Origin: the human T2T-CHM13v2.0 reference genome, Homo sapiens
NCBI RefSeq assembly: GCF_009914755.1
Contig: NC_060935.1
Reading direction: 5' to 3' (one strand)
DNA length: 64,000 bases
Shown here: piece after piece, positions 27,946-43,106 of the stretch
How positions within the stretch are numbered: the stretch's first letter is position 1
How the letters are laid out: the number at the start of each line of letters is the position of its first letter
Translations under genes and position numbers: made by a program
The notes under the pieces: model-generated
Databases searched by the model: none
What the model saw: the letters and a program-made list of their open reading frames with translations, nothing else
What the model was told of the DNA's origin: nothing

Positions 27946-30419
27946 TAAATGTAAAAATAGAAACAACAAAAAGTTTAGAAGAAGATCTATTTGTGTTTTT
28001 ATATAATTGAGTTTTGGAAAATTTTTCTAAGCCCAACAGTAAAGGAGGTATCAAAAGTTATATATTGATAAATTTTATTACCTAAAGATTAAAATTTTGT
28101 TTACATCTAAATGCCTCAAAGTTTATTCATTTATTATATATATGAATAATTTATCATATATTCATTATGATGTGGTTATAGGACTTGCTGGTTTTCAGCT
28201 ATGGAGCTGCTGTCAGTTCCTAGGGACCTCCCACAATTCCTTGCCATGTGCTCCTCTCACATGTCCTTTTACAATATGGCAGTTTATTTCTTTTATGCCA
28301 TAGCATAAAAGCTCAGATCTCTCTTTTATGCTATCAATCTAAGTAGCTCAGTTCTCACCCTAAAGTTTTAGGAAAAATTAATAAATAAGGAGTATTCACT
28401 CTCTAATAAGCATGCATATTATAGAAAAATATGTAATGAGAAGCAGAAATACATTAAAAATTAGTGTATAGATTACTTAACAAAGATAAAGCCCACACAA
28501 CATCTAGTTTCATCCAATATGTTAATACCTTTTTATAACTCCCTCTTTGTACTTCCTCCATGGAAAAGATACATGGGTAGGACATGAGGACATCCTGGAT
28601 ATTTGGTATGGCGTTCTTTGCTGGGTACTGACTATTTTTAATTATTTTGACCATTAGCTTCCTTACAGTTAGCATATTATCACTTAACTTGACAGTTGTT
28701 TTGAATTAAGAAATCTCACAATCAATCTTGAATTGGAACTGATATGTGTGCTTTTAAAAACAAAATCTATAGTGTTGTTTGGTATCAAATCCAGAGTTAA
28801 GCTCAGCTTTGTCAGAATGTTGGGGCATACTTCCTTCACAATGGCTGCTTTCTAGTGGCAGTTGTCAGGGTATAACTTGAGGTTAAACCATTCTCAGTGT
28901 TCCATTCCCTGGTTTAATCATGCCCTTACCTGAATCCTTCAACTACCTCACAGGCAGCAATTCATTGACTCCTATCTGGTATGAGATTGTAAACTGAAAG
29001 ATGTCCTGATTTCCCCGTTACAAGATGATACTGTCTTCTGTTTTATCCATCAGCTATCTTTATCAGTAACACCAGAAAATTATATATAATATGATTTTAT
29101 CTCTAGTCTCAAATTTGTGCTGATGAACTTAATCATCATAATGTTCTTATTTTCATTTGTGTTTTGTCTTATTATGTGGCCACAAATACATAGACAGTGT
29201 ATGTGGTTTTAGCCTTCCATTGTATCTGGAAATTTAATTGTTATAAGCCTTTTCTTGTAGACCTTATTCTGTATTTGTATGAGATTCTAAACCTTCTACA
29301 GTGGCTACAATTATGTTGGTCCCTATCAAAATCAGAGATCTGGGAAAACAAACCATAATGTTTATATTTTCCATTAGGGGAAACGTTCTTGGGAAAGTAA
29401 TCACTCTGGGTATTTAGACAGCCTGGAAATGCAGTTCCACTTTTCAGATGCTTACTGGTTTCCACGAAAATGTTCATTCCATGAAAATGTTCCGTTGAGG
29501 CGGAATGAAGGGGCTCGTGACAGGGAACCACTGTGTGCTTGGCGTTGTCCTCAGCCTTCTGTTCACTCATTTAGTATAGACCAGTATATACTACTGGCTG
29601 AGCATGGTTCTGAAGGGTAGAAATGCAAATATGAGACACTAATTATGATCTCTATCTTTGAGGATTTATTTCTCAGCCTTGTGAGGAAGAAAAACACTAA
29701 CTAGAAATTGCAATCCAACTCACATATGAGTACAAATGAAAACACTTCATCCTGGAAGCAGAAAATACGCTTCTGCTTTGGAATAGAAGCAAAATTGAAG
29801 ACTAGAAGTGAAACTGAAAAGAAGGCAGAAGTGAAGTAGGATCTGCATAAACTGTTACATGTTTTCTCTTTTATGTCCAGTTAAATATTTTTGACAGTAG
29901 AACTGCAAAAATACTTAACATTGAATTGAAGAATTTCTTTGTAGAAGTGTTGAAGAAACACCATTTCTCTGATTTAAGGAAGTCATAAATATATTTGAAT
30001 GTTTGATATTCTAAAATTGTTTAGTAATATTAGTTTTCACTAAATGGATTTTATGACCTCAGTCATAACACTGCTTTATTTACTTTTATTATTTCCAGTG
30101 GAGTAAACACTCCACATATAACTAATATATTTGGAATAACTCCTCTGTCCTTCATTTGTTTTAGGAAGGATTAGCAACAAAGCTAGATTTAGGATCCTCG
30201 CGGGAGGGGTGTGCTTTACTGAAACACTCATTTGATTTTATAAATGTTTCTAGATATCCAGGAGAGATGGAATTAACCAGTCCTCAGCTCCTTAAGGATG
30301 TAAGTGCTGGCTAACCAGAACAATAACTATCAAATTAAAAATAGCGGTGAAGCGGTACTCAATCTAGGGCTAATCCAGTACTATGGCAACAAGCACTATT
30401 CTTGGCCCTAGTGAGGGAC

Positions 30420-33400
30420 AGGTACTGCTCCTCCTAATCATTTTGGGTTGCTCTTTCCCCAGTCTCAGATAGCTTCCTCACACATTTGCATGAATCAATA
30501 CTTGGCTAAATATTCTAGGTGGACTCTCTGGAGATGTCTGGAGTTTTTTCTTAGTGCAGCCTCTTTTCTCTGTTACTCTGGCCTGCAAATGGTAGCACCT
30601 TTTTTCCCTTCTGAACTGTTGTCTTTCTATCTTCAACTAAGGTTATCAGCCAAGCTCTGCCTGAGTTCCTCCTCCCTGATTTCCATAAAAATGGATATTT
30701 TAATGGAAAAATATAATTCATAGAAATTGACTCAAGGATAAGTAGGATATATAAATAGGGTAATAACCATGTAAGCAATTTTAAATCTGTGAAAGAATTC
30801 TCTGAAAGCATGCTTACTTTGGTTAGATTGCAAATAAGTAAAATAAAATAATTTCCCTGCTATATAAATCACTGAAGTATATTTTAAAAGATAGACAATA
30901 TTTAAGTTCATTTTACAAGCCAGTGTAAACTTGCTATCAAAATCTGGCAGATATGAAAACATGAAAATTATAAACACTTTTTACCCATGAATATAGGTAA
31001 GAAAATATTCTAAATAATAGTAAGAGTTGGATCACACAAAGTATTGAAGAATATCATGAACAAATAGGAATGTGGTTTTGTAAAACTTATTAATAATTTA
31101 TATTGGTAGACCAAAAAAAAGTCACATGAGCATCTCCATAGACGCCCATGAAATATTAATAAAAATTCAATATCCGCTTTTGATACAAACTCTTGGTAAA
31201 CCAAATGTAGAACATGGCAAAATGTATCAATCTCAAGGTATCAGCTGACAGAAATTTTAATAGTAAGAAGGAATCTGAAGTAAGAAATGAGAAATTTATG
31301 ATTGATCTAGAATGTCAGAAAATGAAAAAAAGCAAGTTACAAAGGGAAGTAAAGGAATAAATAATATTAAAATATAATTATTTGCTGACAACATGATTAT
31401 TTACATTTAACTTTTTAAAATGAGGAAGGACCTATGCTTTCAATGTCAAGAATGAAAGTATTTTTGCCCCCCACCCCAATTTTTAAAAAGAAAACTATAA
31501 TGTATCAGTTTCCTAGTTTCTTCCCATCTCCCTTTGGCAGTTTTGAATGAAATCATTGGGATTTTAAACTTTTACAATTTATGTTATAGATGCTCTGCCA
31601 AAAATAGTGACAAATTACATTCAATTCCATTTGGATATTTTAAAATTACATAGATTAAATTTTGTTTTCAATACTTACTACCAATTTTTTTTAATACCAT
31701 CTTCCCTTTTATTAAGTTAAAATGTTAACAATTGATTTTGTGGTTGGCTGAAATAGAACCAGTAATAACTTTTAAGAATGGAAATGTGGTTGGTAGATTT
31801 TCTGAGTTCTTATATGGTTGGTAATATCTTTCAGCAGATTTTCTAATGAATGTGTGCTTGATCAAATAGAAAACGTTCCTACTGTATGTCTGTCGTTTTT
31901 AAGATTCTTTAGCCAATGCTAAACTGGCATTTTTTGTTATGGTGCAGAAATCTGAGGCCAGCAGGACACTATTTTTCCTTTCACCTTTTCTTTCTAGTGA
32001 GAATTTATTTTTTTAATCCTTAACATTCACAACTTTTATGAAGCTATGCCCTCTTAAAAAATTATATTTGCTTTTAGTTGAAGTTAGACATTTCATCCCC
32101 CAAATTCAAGCAGTCTTTTAGTTTCAGGCATGTTTGTCTTTTATTTCATTGATTTTGCTTTTCTTCTGTTGGTTTCTCTTTTGGGGATGGTCTTTACATG
32201 CATATTCCATGTTCTTGATTTGTCCTCCATGTTGCTAACATTTTCTCTCCTCAGTTAAGTCTATATTGGGTGATACTGAGTTATTTCTCTTGAGGTTTAG
32301 TTTTTCATTAAAATGTATCTATATCTAGTTCATTATCTCAATTTTTTCTCCTGACAAATCTTCTGTTTGCTGACTCCATTAAAATAATTCAGCAACTATG
32401 CTTTTCAAGTCTTGAAAAAATATTTCCTGATCTCATATTGTGCTTTTTTCATAATTTTCTATTTTAGTTTCATAAATCGTAATGTCACCCCCAATCTTTT
32501 TGAATGTGTGAATTATAGATTTTTCGATGATTTTTTCTTTCTAGGAAACAAGTCAGTTTACTTGGGGTGGCAGAGGGTGAAACATTGCTGGGATTTGTCA
32601 GCTTGATCCCTCTTTTTCAGTGCTGAGCATTTTTACAGTCCAATTATCTTTTTTATTTTTCATTATGTCTACGGAGGAGTGTCTCTGTTATATCAGTAGG
32701 AAATCAAGGTGGCTTTTTCAGAGACTGTGTTGGTTCCTTTCAAATATTTGAAACACTGACAGAAGGAGACATTTTAGATTTCCTCAAAGTTTACATTGCC
32801 ATTTTAGAAATCTAGAAGCCTATAAGGAAAATTAAAACTGTAGAACTAAGAGCAGCCAACACAGAGAGCATTCTCTTGGTGTTCTAAAGCTAGGATTCCA
32901 CAATTATTATGACAATTCAAGTTAGAGAGGTGTGTGTCCTCATCTTTCCTCCTTTTCTTGCTCCTTCTCCACTGTCGTCTTCATCCTAGTAGTAGTATTT
33001 ATTTTGTCATAGTTTTCTATTTAATGTTTATTGAAAAATGTATCATACCTGCATAAAAGAGCATAAAATTATTTATACACTTTACAGTAAAGCTGTAAAG
33101 TGAACACATGTGTAATCACTAACTAGATCAAGATAGCACACAAGGAGTCCTTCATTGCCTCTCCCCAAATGTAACTCCTCTCCCTCCTGGAAGTAACCAC
33201 TTTCCTGACTTTTGTAAAATCATGTTCTTGTTTTTCTTTATATTTTAATAACCTAGTTATATTCTTAAGTAATATGATATAGTTTTGCTGAATTTTATAA
33301 TTTTATGTGAAAGGAATTATATATGCTTTTTTGCCTTTTCTTTACATTAGTACTTTATTTGGGATATTTATTTTTTTGAATGAGGTTATAATTTGTTAAT

Positions 33401-33680
33401 TTTTGTTGCTATCTGGTATTCCATTGCATGACTATAACACAATTTATTCTTCCATTTTATGGTTGTACATGTCAGCATCACTTCTAGTTTGGGACAGTTA
33501 TAAACAATGCCACTCTCAACATCCTTGTATTTCTGTACCTAGAGTGATTGCTAAGCAATGCCAAACTGCTTTCCAAATGTGATAATTTCAATATATCATT
33601 CACCTAGCTGTAAATATCTATTGTTTCACCCCCTTTCCAACCCTCGATATCATCACATATTCACTTACCAATCCATTTAG
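30420..33680. mobile_element. Mosaic of ancient L1M/HAL1-like fragments in both orientations
   Basis: L1 5'-type block ~30450-30680, ORF2-like A-rich 30750-31420, T-rich reverse fragments including an L1ME 3' end ~33010-33670. Confidence 0.45.
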
Positions 33681-34463
33681 TGGATGTTCAGCTCAGTGTC
33701 AAAGCAATCCCCAGGCTGTGTGAGTAGGTGAGGCAGTTTATGTCTGTCTTGCTCTTACCCTGAGAGCACAGCTCTTTGGATTCCCAGCTCTATGAGAGGA
33801 AGGTCTCCTTTTAGAATCCTCATCAATGTGTACCGTGGATTTGGTCTTCTGTCTTCCGAGCCACAACAAGCCTTGGAAACTACTGTTAAAGTTCAGAGGA
33901 CTTGGCAAATGCTGTCCTATCAAAAGTTCCTTCGCTTACATATTGACCTGATAACTCCTTACTATTTTGGCATATCTTTGATGCATTTAACATTTTTTTG
34001 TTATGTCTTTTGTTCAGTTTTTCGAGTTTTTATGAAATGTCTCCAGAGCAGATTGGGTGGGTCCAAATATTAAGTCCACACTTTTTGGACAATGTAATTT
34101 CCCGTAAGTTAATTGATTGATTGATTGATTGATTGGTGTATAAGCATCCCCCTTTCTCTGCAATCTCACCAGCATCTGTTATTTTTTGACTTTTAAAAAA
34201 ATTTAGTTCAATAGTTTTTGGGGGAGCAGGTGGTTTCTGGTTACATAGATGAGTTCTTTAGTGATTTTTGAGATTTTGGTGTACCTGTCACACAAGCAGG
34301 GTACACTGTACCCAATGTGTAGTCTTTTGTCACTCACCCCCATCCACCCTTCCCCCTGAGGCCCCAAAGTTCCTTATATTATTCTTATGCTTTTGTGTCC
34401 TCATAGCTTAGTCCCACTGATAAGTAAGAACGTACCACATTTTGTTTTCCATTTTTGAGTTAT

Positions 34464-34540
34464 TTAGGTTGGTACAAAGATAATTGCGGTTTTTGCCTCA
34501 ATTTCAATGGCAAAACCACAATTGCTTTTCACCAACCTAA
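34464..34540. mobile_element. MADE1 (Hsmar1 mariner MITE)
   Basis: TIRs TTAGGTTGGT... / ...ACCAACCTAA with flanking TA; ~80-bp near-palindrome. Confidence 0.9.
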
Positions 34541-34594
34541 TACTTCACTTAGAATAATGGTCTCCAACTCCATCTAGGTTACTGCAAAAGCAGT

Positions 34595-34597
<3 letters not shown>

Positions 34598-34638
<41 letters not shown>
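34598..34638. repeat. (CA)n microsatellite, ~20 units
   Basis: Seen directly. Confidence 0.95.
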
Positions 34639-34640
<2 letters not shown>

Positions 34641-35640
34641 TATACCACATTTTCTTCATTTATTTGATAGATGGACATTTAGGCTGGTTCCATATTTTTG
34701 CAATTGCAAATTTTGCTGCTATAAACATGCATGTGCATGTTTATATAATGTGTCTTTTTCATATAATGACTTCTTTTCCTCTGGGTAGATACCCAGTAGC
34801 GGGATTGCTGGATTGAATGGTAGTTCTACTTTTAGTTCTTTAAGGAATCTCCATACTGTTTTCCGCAGTGGTTGGTTATACTACTTTACATTCCCACCAG
34901 CAGTGTAAAAGTGTTCCGTTTTCACCACATCCATGCCAACATCTATTTTTTTTTTTAATTATGGCCATTTTTGCAGGTGTAATGTTGTATCTCACTGTGG
35001 TTTTAATTTGCATTTCTCTGCAAATTCGTGATGTTGAGCATTTTTTCATATGTTTGTTGGCCATTTGTATATCTCCTTTTGAGAATTGTCTATTCATATT
35101 CTTTGACCACTTTTTGAGATTGTTGTTTTTCTTGCTGATTTGTTTGAGTTCCTTGTAGATTCTGGATATTAATCCTTTGTCAGATGCATAGTTTGTGAAG
35201 ATTTTCTCCCACTCTGTGGGTTGTCTGTTCACTCTACTGATTATCTATTTTTCTGTGCAGAAGCTTTTTAGTTTAATTAGGTCCCATGTATTTATTTTTG
35301 TTTTGTTACATTTACTTTTGGGTTCTTGGCCATATCTCTTTGCCTAAGCCAATGTACAGAGAGTTTTTCCCATGCTATCTTCTAGAATTTTTATGGTTTC
35401 AGGTCTTAGATTTAGGTCTTTGATCCATCTTGAGTTGATTTTTATGTAAGCTGAGAGATGAGGATCCAGTTTCATTCTTCTACATGTGGCTTGCCAATTA
35501 TCCCAATATCATTTGTTGAATTAGGTATCCTTTCCTCACTTAATGTTTTTTGTTTGCTTTGTTGAAGGTCAGTTAGCTATAAGTGTTTGACTTTATTTCC
35601 GGATTCTCTATTCTGTTCCATTGGTCTACATGCCTATTTT

Positions 35641-36091
35641 TTTAAATTTTTTTTTATTATACTTTAAGTTCTAGGGTACATGTGCACAACGTGCAGGTTT
35701 GTTACATATGTATATATGTGCCATTTTGGTGTGCTGCACCCATTAACTTGTCATTTACATTAGGTATATCTCCTAATGCTATCCCTCCCCCTTCCCCCCA
35801 CCTCACGACAGGCCCTGGTGTGTGATGTTCCTTATCCTGTGTCCAAGTGTTTTCATTGTTCACTTTTACACTGTTGGTGGGACTGTAAACTAGTTCAACC
35901 ATTGTGGAAGACAGTGTGGTGATTCCTTAAGGATCTAGAACTAGAAATACCATTTGACCCAGCCATCCCATTACTGGGTATATACCCAAAGGATTATAAA
36001 TCATGCTATAAAGACACATGCACACGTATGTTTATTGTGGCACTATTCACAATAGCAAAGACTTGGAGCCAACCCAAATGTCCATCAATGA
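35641..36091 (-). mobile_element. Short 5'-inverted (twin-primed) L1PA insertion inside L1PB
   Basis: Reverse L1PA 3' UTR 35641-35862 joined to a forward L1 segment 35862-36091; TSD TACATGCCT(A/G)TTTTT starting at 35627 / 36092. Confidence 0.85.
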
Positions 36092-37671
36092 TACATGCCT
36101 GTTTTTATACCAGTACCATGCTGTTTGGTTAACTATAGCCTTGTAGTTTCAAGTCGAGTAATGTGATGCCTCCAGATTTGTTCTTTTTGCTTAGTCTTGA
36201 TTGACTAAGTGGGCTCTTTTTAGGTTCCATATGAATTTTAGGATTTTTTTTTCTAGTTCTGTGAAGAATGATGATGGTATTTGGATGGGAGTTGCATTGA
36301 ATTGGTAGCTTGCTTTTGGCGATATGATCATTTTCACAATATTGATTCTACCCATCTATGAGCATGGGATGTACGTGTTACCATTTGTATAGTCAGTGAT
36401 TTCTTTAATCAGTGTTTTGTAGTTTTTCTTATAGAGATCTGTCACCTCGTTTGTTAGGTATATTCCTAAGTATTTTATTTTATTTTTTTGCAGCCGTTGT
36501 AAAAGGGATTGAGTTCTTGATTTGATTCTCAGCTTGGTCGTTGTTGGTGGATAGCAGTGCTATCAATTTGTGTACATTGATTTTGTATTTTGAAACTTTA
36601 CTGAATTCATTTATCAGGTCTAGGAGCTTTTTGCATGAGTCTTTAGGATTTTCTAGGTATATTATTATATCATCAGCAGACAGCGACAGTTTGACTTCCT
36701 CTTTACCAATTTGGATGCCCTTTCTTTCTTTCTCTTGTCTGATTGTTCTAGCTAGGACTTCCAGTATTATGTTGAATAGAAGTGGTGAAAGTGGGCATCC
36801 TTGTCTTGTTCCAGTTCTCAGAAGGAATGCTTTCAACTTTTCCTCATTCAGTGTAATCTTGGCTGTGGGTTTGTCATGGATGGCTTTGATTACATTAAGG
36901 TATGTCTCTTCTATGTTGATTTTGCTGAGGGTTTTAGTCATAAAGGGATGCTGGATTTTGTCAAATGCTTTTCCTGTGTCTATTAAGGTGATCATGTCAT
37001 TTTTGTTTTTAATTCTGTTTATGTTGTGCATGACATTCATTGACTTGAGGATGTTAAACCATCCCTGCATCCCTGGTGTAAAACCCACTTGATCATGGTG
37101 GATTCTCTTTTTGACATGCTGTTGGATTTGGTTAGCTAGTATTTTGTTGAGAATTTTTGCATATATGTTCATTGGGGATATTGGTCTGCAGTTTTCTTTT
37201 TTTGTTATGTCCTTTCCTGATTTTGGTATTAGGGTGGTACTGGCTTCATAAAATGATTCAGTGAGGATTCCCCATTTCTGTATCTTTTGGAGTAGTTTCA
37301 GTAAGATTGGTACCAATTCTTCTTTCAATGTCTGATAGAATTCAGCTGTGAATCCATTTGGCCCTTGACTTTTTTTGTTGGCATTTTTTTTTATTACTGT
37401 TTAAATCTCACTACTTGTTATTGGTCTGTTTAGAGTTTCTGTTTCTTCCTGGTTTAATGTAGAAGGGATGTATATTTCCAGGAATTTATCCATCTCCTCT
37501 AGATTTTCTAGTTTAATGATCTTTTGTATTTCTGTGGTATTGGTTGTAATAGCTTCCATTTTGTTTCTAATTGAGCTTATTTGTATCTTCTCTTCTTTTT
37601 TTGGTTAATCTCACTAATAGTCTAAATAGTCTATCAATTTTATCTTTTCAAAGAACCAACATTTCATTTCA

Positions 37672-37708
<37 letters not shown>

Positions 37709-38022
37709 AGCTGTTGTTGTTTCAGTTTCATTTAGTTCTTGTTTCATCTTTGTTATTTCTTTTCTTCTGCTTGGTTTGGGTTTGGTTTGTTCTTGTTTCT
37801 CTAGTTCCTTGAATGTGACCTTAGATTGTTTATTTGTGCTCTTCAGACTTTTTGATGTAGCCATTTAGTGCTATGAACTTTAGCCTCCTGAAACACTGCT
37901 TTTACCATATACCAGAGGTTTTGATAAGTTGTGTCACTATTGTTGTTCAGTTCAAAGAAATTTTTAATTTCCATCTTGATTTCAGTGTCGACCCAATGAT
38001 CATTCAAGGGCAGATTATTTAA

Positions 38023-38372
<350 letters not shown>

Positions 38373-40746
38373 TACTTTCCACTTTTATTCCAGTGTGGTC
38401 TGAGAGGATACTTGATGTAATTTTGATTTTCTTAAATTTATTGAGACCTGTTTTATGGCGTATTATATTGTCTGTCTTGGAGAATGTTCCATGTGCTGAT
38501 GAATAGAATGTATATTCTGCAGTTGTTAGGTAGAATGTTCTGTAAATATCTGTTAAGTCCTTTTGTTAGTTTAAGTGCATTGTTTCTGTGTTGACTTTCT
38601 GTCTTGATGATCTGTCTAGTGCTGTCAGTGGAGTATCAAAGCCCCCCACTATTATTATGTTGCTGTCAATCCCATTTTTTAGGTCTAATAGTAATTGTTT
38701 TATAAATTTGGGAGTTCCAGTGTTAGGCGCATATATATTTAGGATTGTGGTATTTTTGTGTTGGACTAATTCTGTTAGTTTTACTGGATACACAGTTCTT
38801 GGCTGACAATTATTTTGTTTCAGGAAGCTAAAGATAGGACCCCAGTCCCTCTGGCTTGTAAGGTTTCTGCTGAGAAATATACTGTTAATCTGATAGGTTT
38901 ACCTGATGCTTTTGCCTCACAGCTCTTAAGATTCTTTCCTTTGTCTTGACTTTACTTGATGACTTTGTGCCTAGGTGATGATCTTTTTGTGATAATTTTC
39001 TCAGATATTCTTTGAGCTTCTTGTATTTGGATGTCTAGATCTCTAGCAAGGCCAGGGAAGTTTATCTCAGTTATTCCCTCAAATAAGTTTTCTAACTTTT
39101 AGATTTCTCTTCTTCCTCAGGAGCACCACTTATTCTTAGATTTGGCCATTTAACATAATCTCAAATTTCCTGGAGGGTTTGTTCATTTTTAAAATTCTTT
39201 TTTCTTGGTCTTTGTCTGATTGGGTTAATTTGAAAGCCTTGTCTTCCAGCTCTGAACTTCTTTCTTCTACTTGTTCTAGTCTATTGTGGAAACTTTCCAG
39301 TGCATTTTGTATTTGTATTTCTCTAAGTGTGTATTTTATTACTAGAAGTTGTGATTGTGATCTGTCTTCAGGTCCTGTGATCTGTCTTCAGGTCTCTCAG
39401 CTGTGGATACCAGCACCTGCTCTTGTGGAGGTGGCAGGGGAGTGAAGCAGACTCTGTGAGAGTCCTTGGTTGTAGATATGTTTAGTATGCTGGCTTTCTC
39501 AAATGCTGAATATACTAGCAGTGAAATTGTCACATGGACAGACTCAGGACCTCTGATTAGCCAGGATGTTGCAGGCAGTGGAATTAGCTGTTGTTTTCTC
39601 CTTCCTGGAAGCAAGGTTATTCTCTCCAGTAGTATTTCAGTGGGCCTCTTTTCCTGAAAATGTTGTAGCCCTCCCTTCAGCATCAGATAAAGACGCAGCG
39701 AAGATGACTATGGAGCCAGGTTTGATTAATTAGGAGTTATCTTGGCATTGAGTTCCACTTATTCCCAGACAGGCTTTCCTGCTTCTTGAATGGTATTACA
39801 GTTTGGTGTTCCTTTTTACTACCTTGTATTTATTATATTTTTTGATATATGCTCAATGTAACTGACATGTAAAATACAACCTTCCATAGTCTGCTCACTG
39901 ATTGATTTCCTGCCCTATTCATTATAACCCTTTGGTCCTTTCAATGGCAATTTGGAAAGGATTGAATGTAGGTGTTAAACTATTATGTTTGTGATGCCAC
40001 TCTGAGCAAGAATTTTGTGTATCCTGAAACTGTCTTTCAGTAAATGTTCATTTTGTTATGTTTTTATTCTGGGATTTACTATGCCCCTCAGGTATTTAGC
40101 AAGTATTTAGGAAAAAAATTTTGTTTTAATTTCAGCTTCTTCCCTTTGACTAACTTTTCCCCATCAGCATTTACACATGCTCAGGTCTCTTAAATTTAAA
40201 ACTCTCATGACCCTCCACATCCTCTCTAGCTATCACCTACGACCCTCCCTCTTCACAGCCAAATTTGTCTCCATTTTTTTATGTCTCAAGTCTTGTCAAG
40301 TTTTCCCTGTATTATAAAATTGGAAACCAGCTTGTAAAGTTTCTTAAAAATTATTTTAGCTTTTGATTGGGAATATACCAAAATTATAGATAAATGTTGT
40401 AAGAACTGGTATTTCTAAAATACTGAATTTTCACATCTAAGAATACAGTTTGTTTCTCCATTTAATCAAGTTTCTTTTACGTCCTTAGGTAAAATTGAGT
40501 CCCTTTCTTCATATAGATTTTGCACATTTCTTGTAAGGTTTATTCCAAGGTATTGAATAATTTATCTTCTGCAGTTAATGCTTTTCCCTCTCAGTCTTTT
40601 CTAATTATTATTACTGGTTGGTAAAGGAGGCTATTGATCTTTGTAGACATGTCTCATATAATACCTACTTACTCAATACTTATAATTTCGAATAGTTTTC
40701 AGTTGATTGTATTGTATATTCTAGGGAGACAATCATATCGTTTGTA

Positions 40747-41045
40747 GGCCAGGAGCGGTGGCTTACACCTGTAATTTCAGCACTTTGGGAGGCCAAGGTG
40801 GGCAGATCACTTGAGGCCAGGAGTTTGAGACCAGTCTGGCCAACATGGCGAAACCCAGTTTACTAAAAATGCAAAAACTGGCGGGGTGTGGTGGTATGTG
40901 CCTGTAATCCTAGCTACTTGGGAGGCTGAGGCAGGAGAATTGCTGAACCTGGTAGGTGGAGGCTGCAGTGAGCCTAGATCCTGGACTGCACTCCAGCCTG
41001 GGTGAGAGAGTGAGACTGTGTCTCAAAATAAATAAATAAAAATAA
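40747..41045 (+). mobile_element. Old Alu (AluJ/Sz-like)
   Basis: Full dimer, gatcacttgaggccaggag, (AAAT)n tail. Confidence 0.9.
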
Positions 41046-42814
41046 ACCCATTTTTATTAGTAGCAGTAATAATGAGAATCCTTATTAACTTTACTGCAGT
41101 TGTTTAGTGGGATTGCTTTTGATATTTAACATGAGGCATGTTATTTGCTGTGGGGTTTGTTAAGAGAATTTTACTTTATTCCTAGTTTACTAAAAATACT
41201 GGGGCTTTTGTTTGTTTTTACCAGGAATATTAACAATGTTCAGTTGTTGAACATTAACAACTGCTTAAGGGACATCTCTCAATCAGGTTATATGTTTTCC
41301 TTCAAACCAATGATGTAGAAATGTCTTCAGATAAACCTACAGAGTCACGATGTGTTATTTTTTAATGTAGCACTAGATTCAGTTTTCTAAGATTGATTTA
41401 TATTTTTTTCATCTGTGGTCATAACTGAGATTAGTCTGTAGTTTGTGTTTATGTTTTTTCTTTTACTTTTCTAGTTTAGCTATTAGGGTAGGTTAGCCTG
41501 GTATAATGTTACTATTTTGCTGTAAGTCTGTGCGTTACTTGAAGATAATATGATTTTCATTATAATACTTCAGATAACCAATAGAAAAACTCTAGTATTT
41601 GAATTAATGAGAGAATTAGGCAAGATTGCTAGATATTAACTTGTAAAAATAAATGTCATTCCTCTAAATGGGCAATTACTATTTGTAGGAAATAGAAAAT
41701 GAGATAATATTACAATAATGGCAAAAAGTGTAAATTACATGGAAACTAACTTAAAGTTTTTCTAAGACCTTTAAATAGAAAAATACTAAAAGCTATATGA
41801 GGATCTAAAGAAAACTTCATATGCCATGTTTAAAGGCAGACTGACTTAAGATTTGTAGAGGTTCAAATTTCTTCAAGTAAACATATAAATAAAATAAAAT
41901 TTGAACAAAAATCTAGCAAGTTTTTTGAGAAAAAACATATATTTCTCAAAATATAGAGTCTCTATATATGAATGTCTTCTCAGTTTTAGATTTTGCAGAT
42001 ATCTTCTTCCAATTGATAATTCATCTGTGTCCTCTTTCTGTGATAACCTTGACTAAAAAGTAATCCTTAATTTTGATGAAAGATATCAGTGCTTTATTGT
42101 CTGATTTAAAAAGCATTTTTCCTTCAAAGATACAAGGATATTAACCTATATTTTCTTCTATTAGAAAATATATATGAAATAATACGAAAAGAACAAAAGG
42201 AAAGCTCATTCTACCAGACTTTAAGACCGATTACATAGCCAAGTAAGGTGAGAATGACAAAAGTACAATGGAACAGAGTACAAAGCCCAGAAATAGATTA
42301 TAGATTTGTGTGTATTTAACTTCTTATATAATACAAGTAGCAGTGAGGGAAATAATTGTTCAATAGATTTTGTTGGGGAAACTGGCTTGTTCTATTGTGA
42401 AAAACAGAATTAGATCACTATCTTATATCATAAGCAAAGGTAAATTTAAGACCATGTAAGTTGAAGACCAATAGGTAAATAGTTAAATTATGAAATTAGT
42501 TGACAAGGGATTAATATCTGTAATATATGTAGAATTCTATATAAATCAAAGTAAATAGAAAGAAATGGGCAAAGGAGAGCTATTTACAGAAAGGAAACAC
42601 TGAATGGATAACAAGTATATGACGAGATGCTTAGTTTCACTTGTAAATAGAGAAATACAAATGAAAACCATGAAATACCAACTCGTACTAACAAAAATTA
42701 GAAGGTTAAATGTGGTAAACAAGAACCTTCATGCTCTGCTGGTGGGAATATAAACTAGTACGGTTATTCTGGAGAGAAATCTGGCAGCATATGGGGAAAT
42801 TAAAAGGGTGTATA

Positions 42815-43106
<292 letters not shown>

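Noticed and set aside
36480-37328. 282-aa reverse-transcriptase ORF as an active or domesticated gene
   Set aside because: Fragment of an old L1PB ORF2 with frameshifts and stops around it and nested insertions; FADD is altered to SADD.
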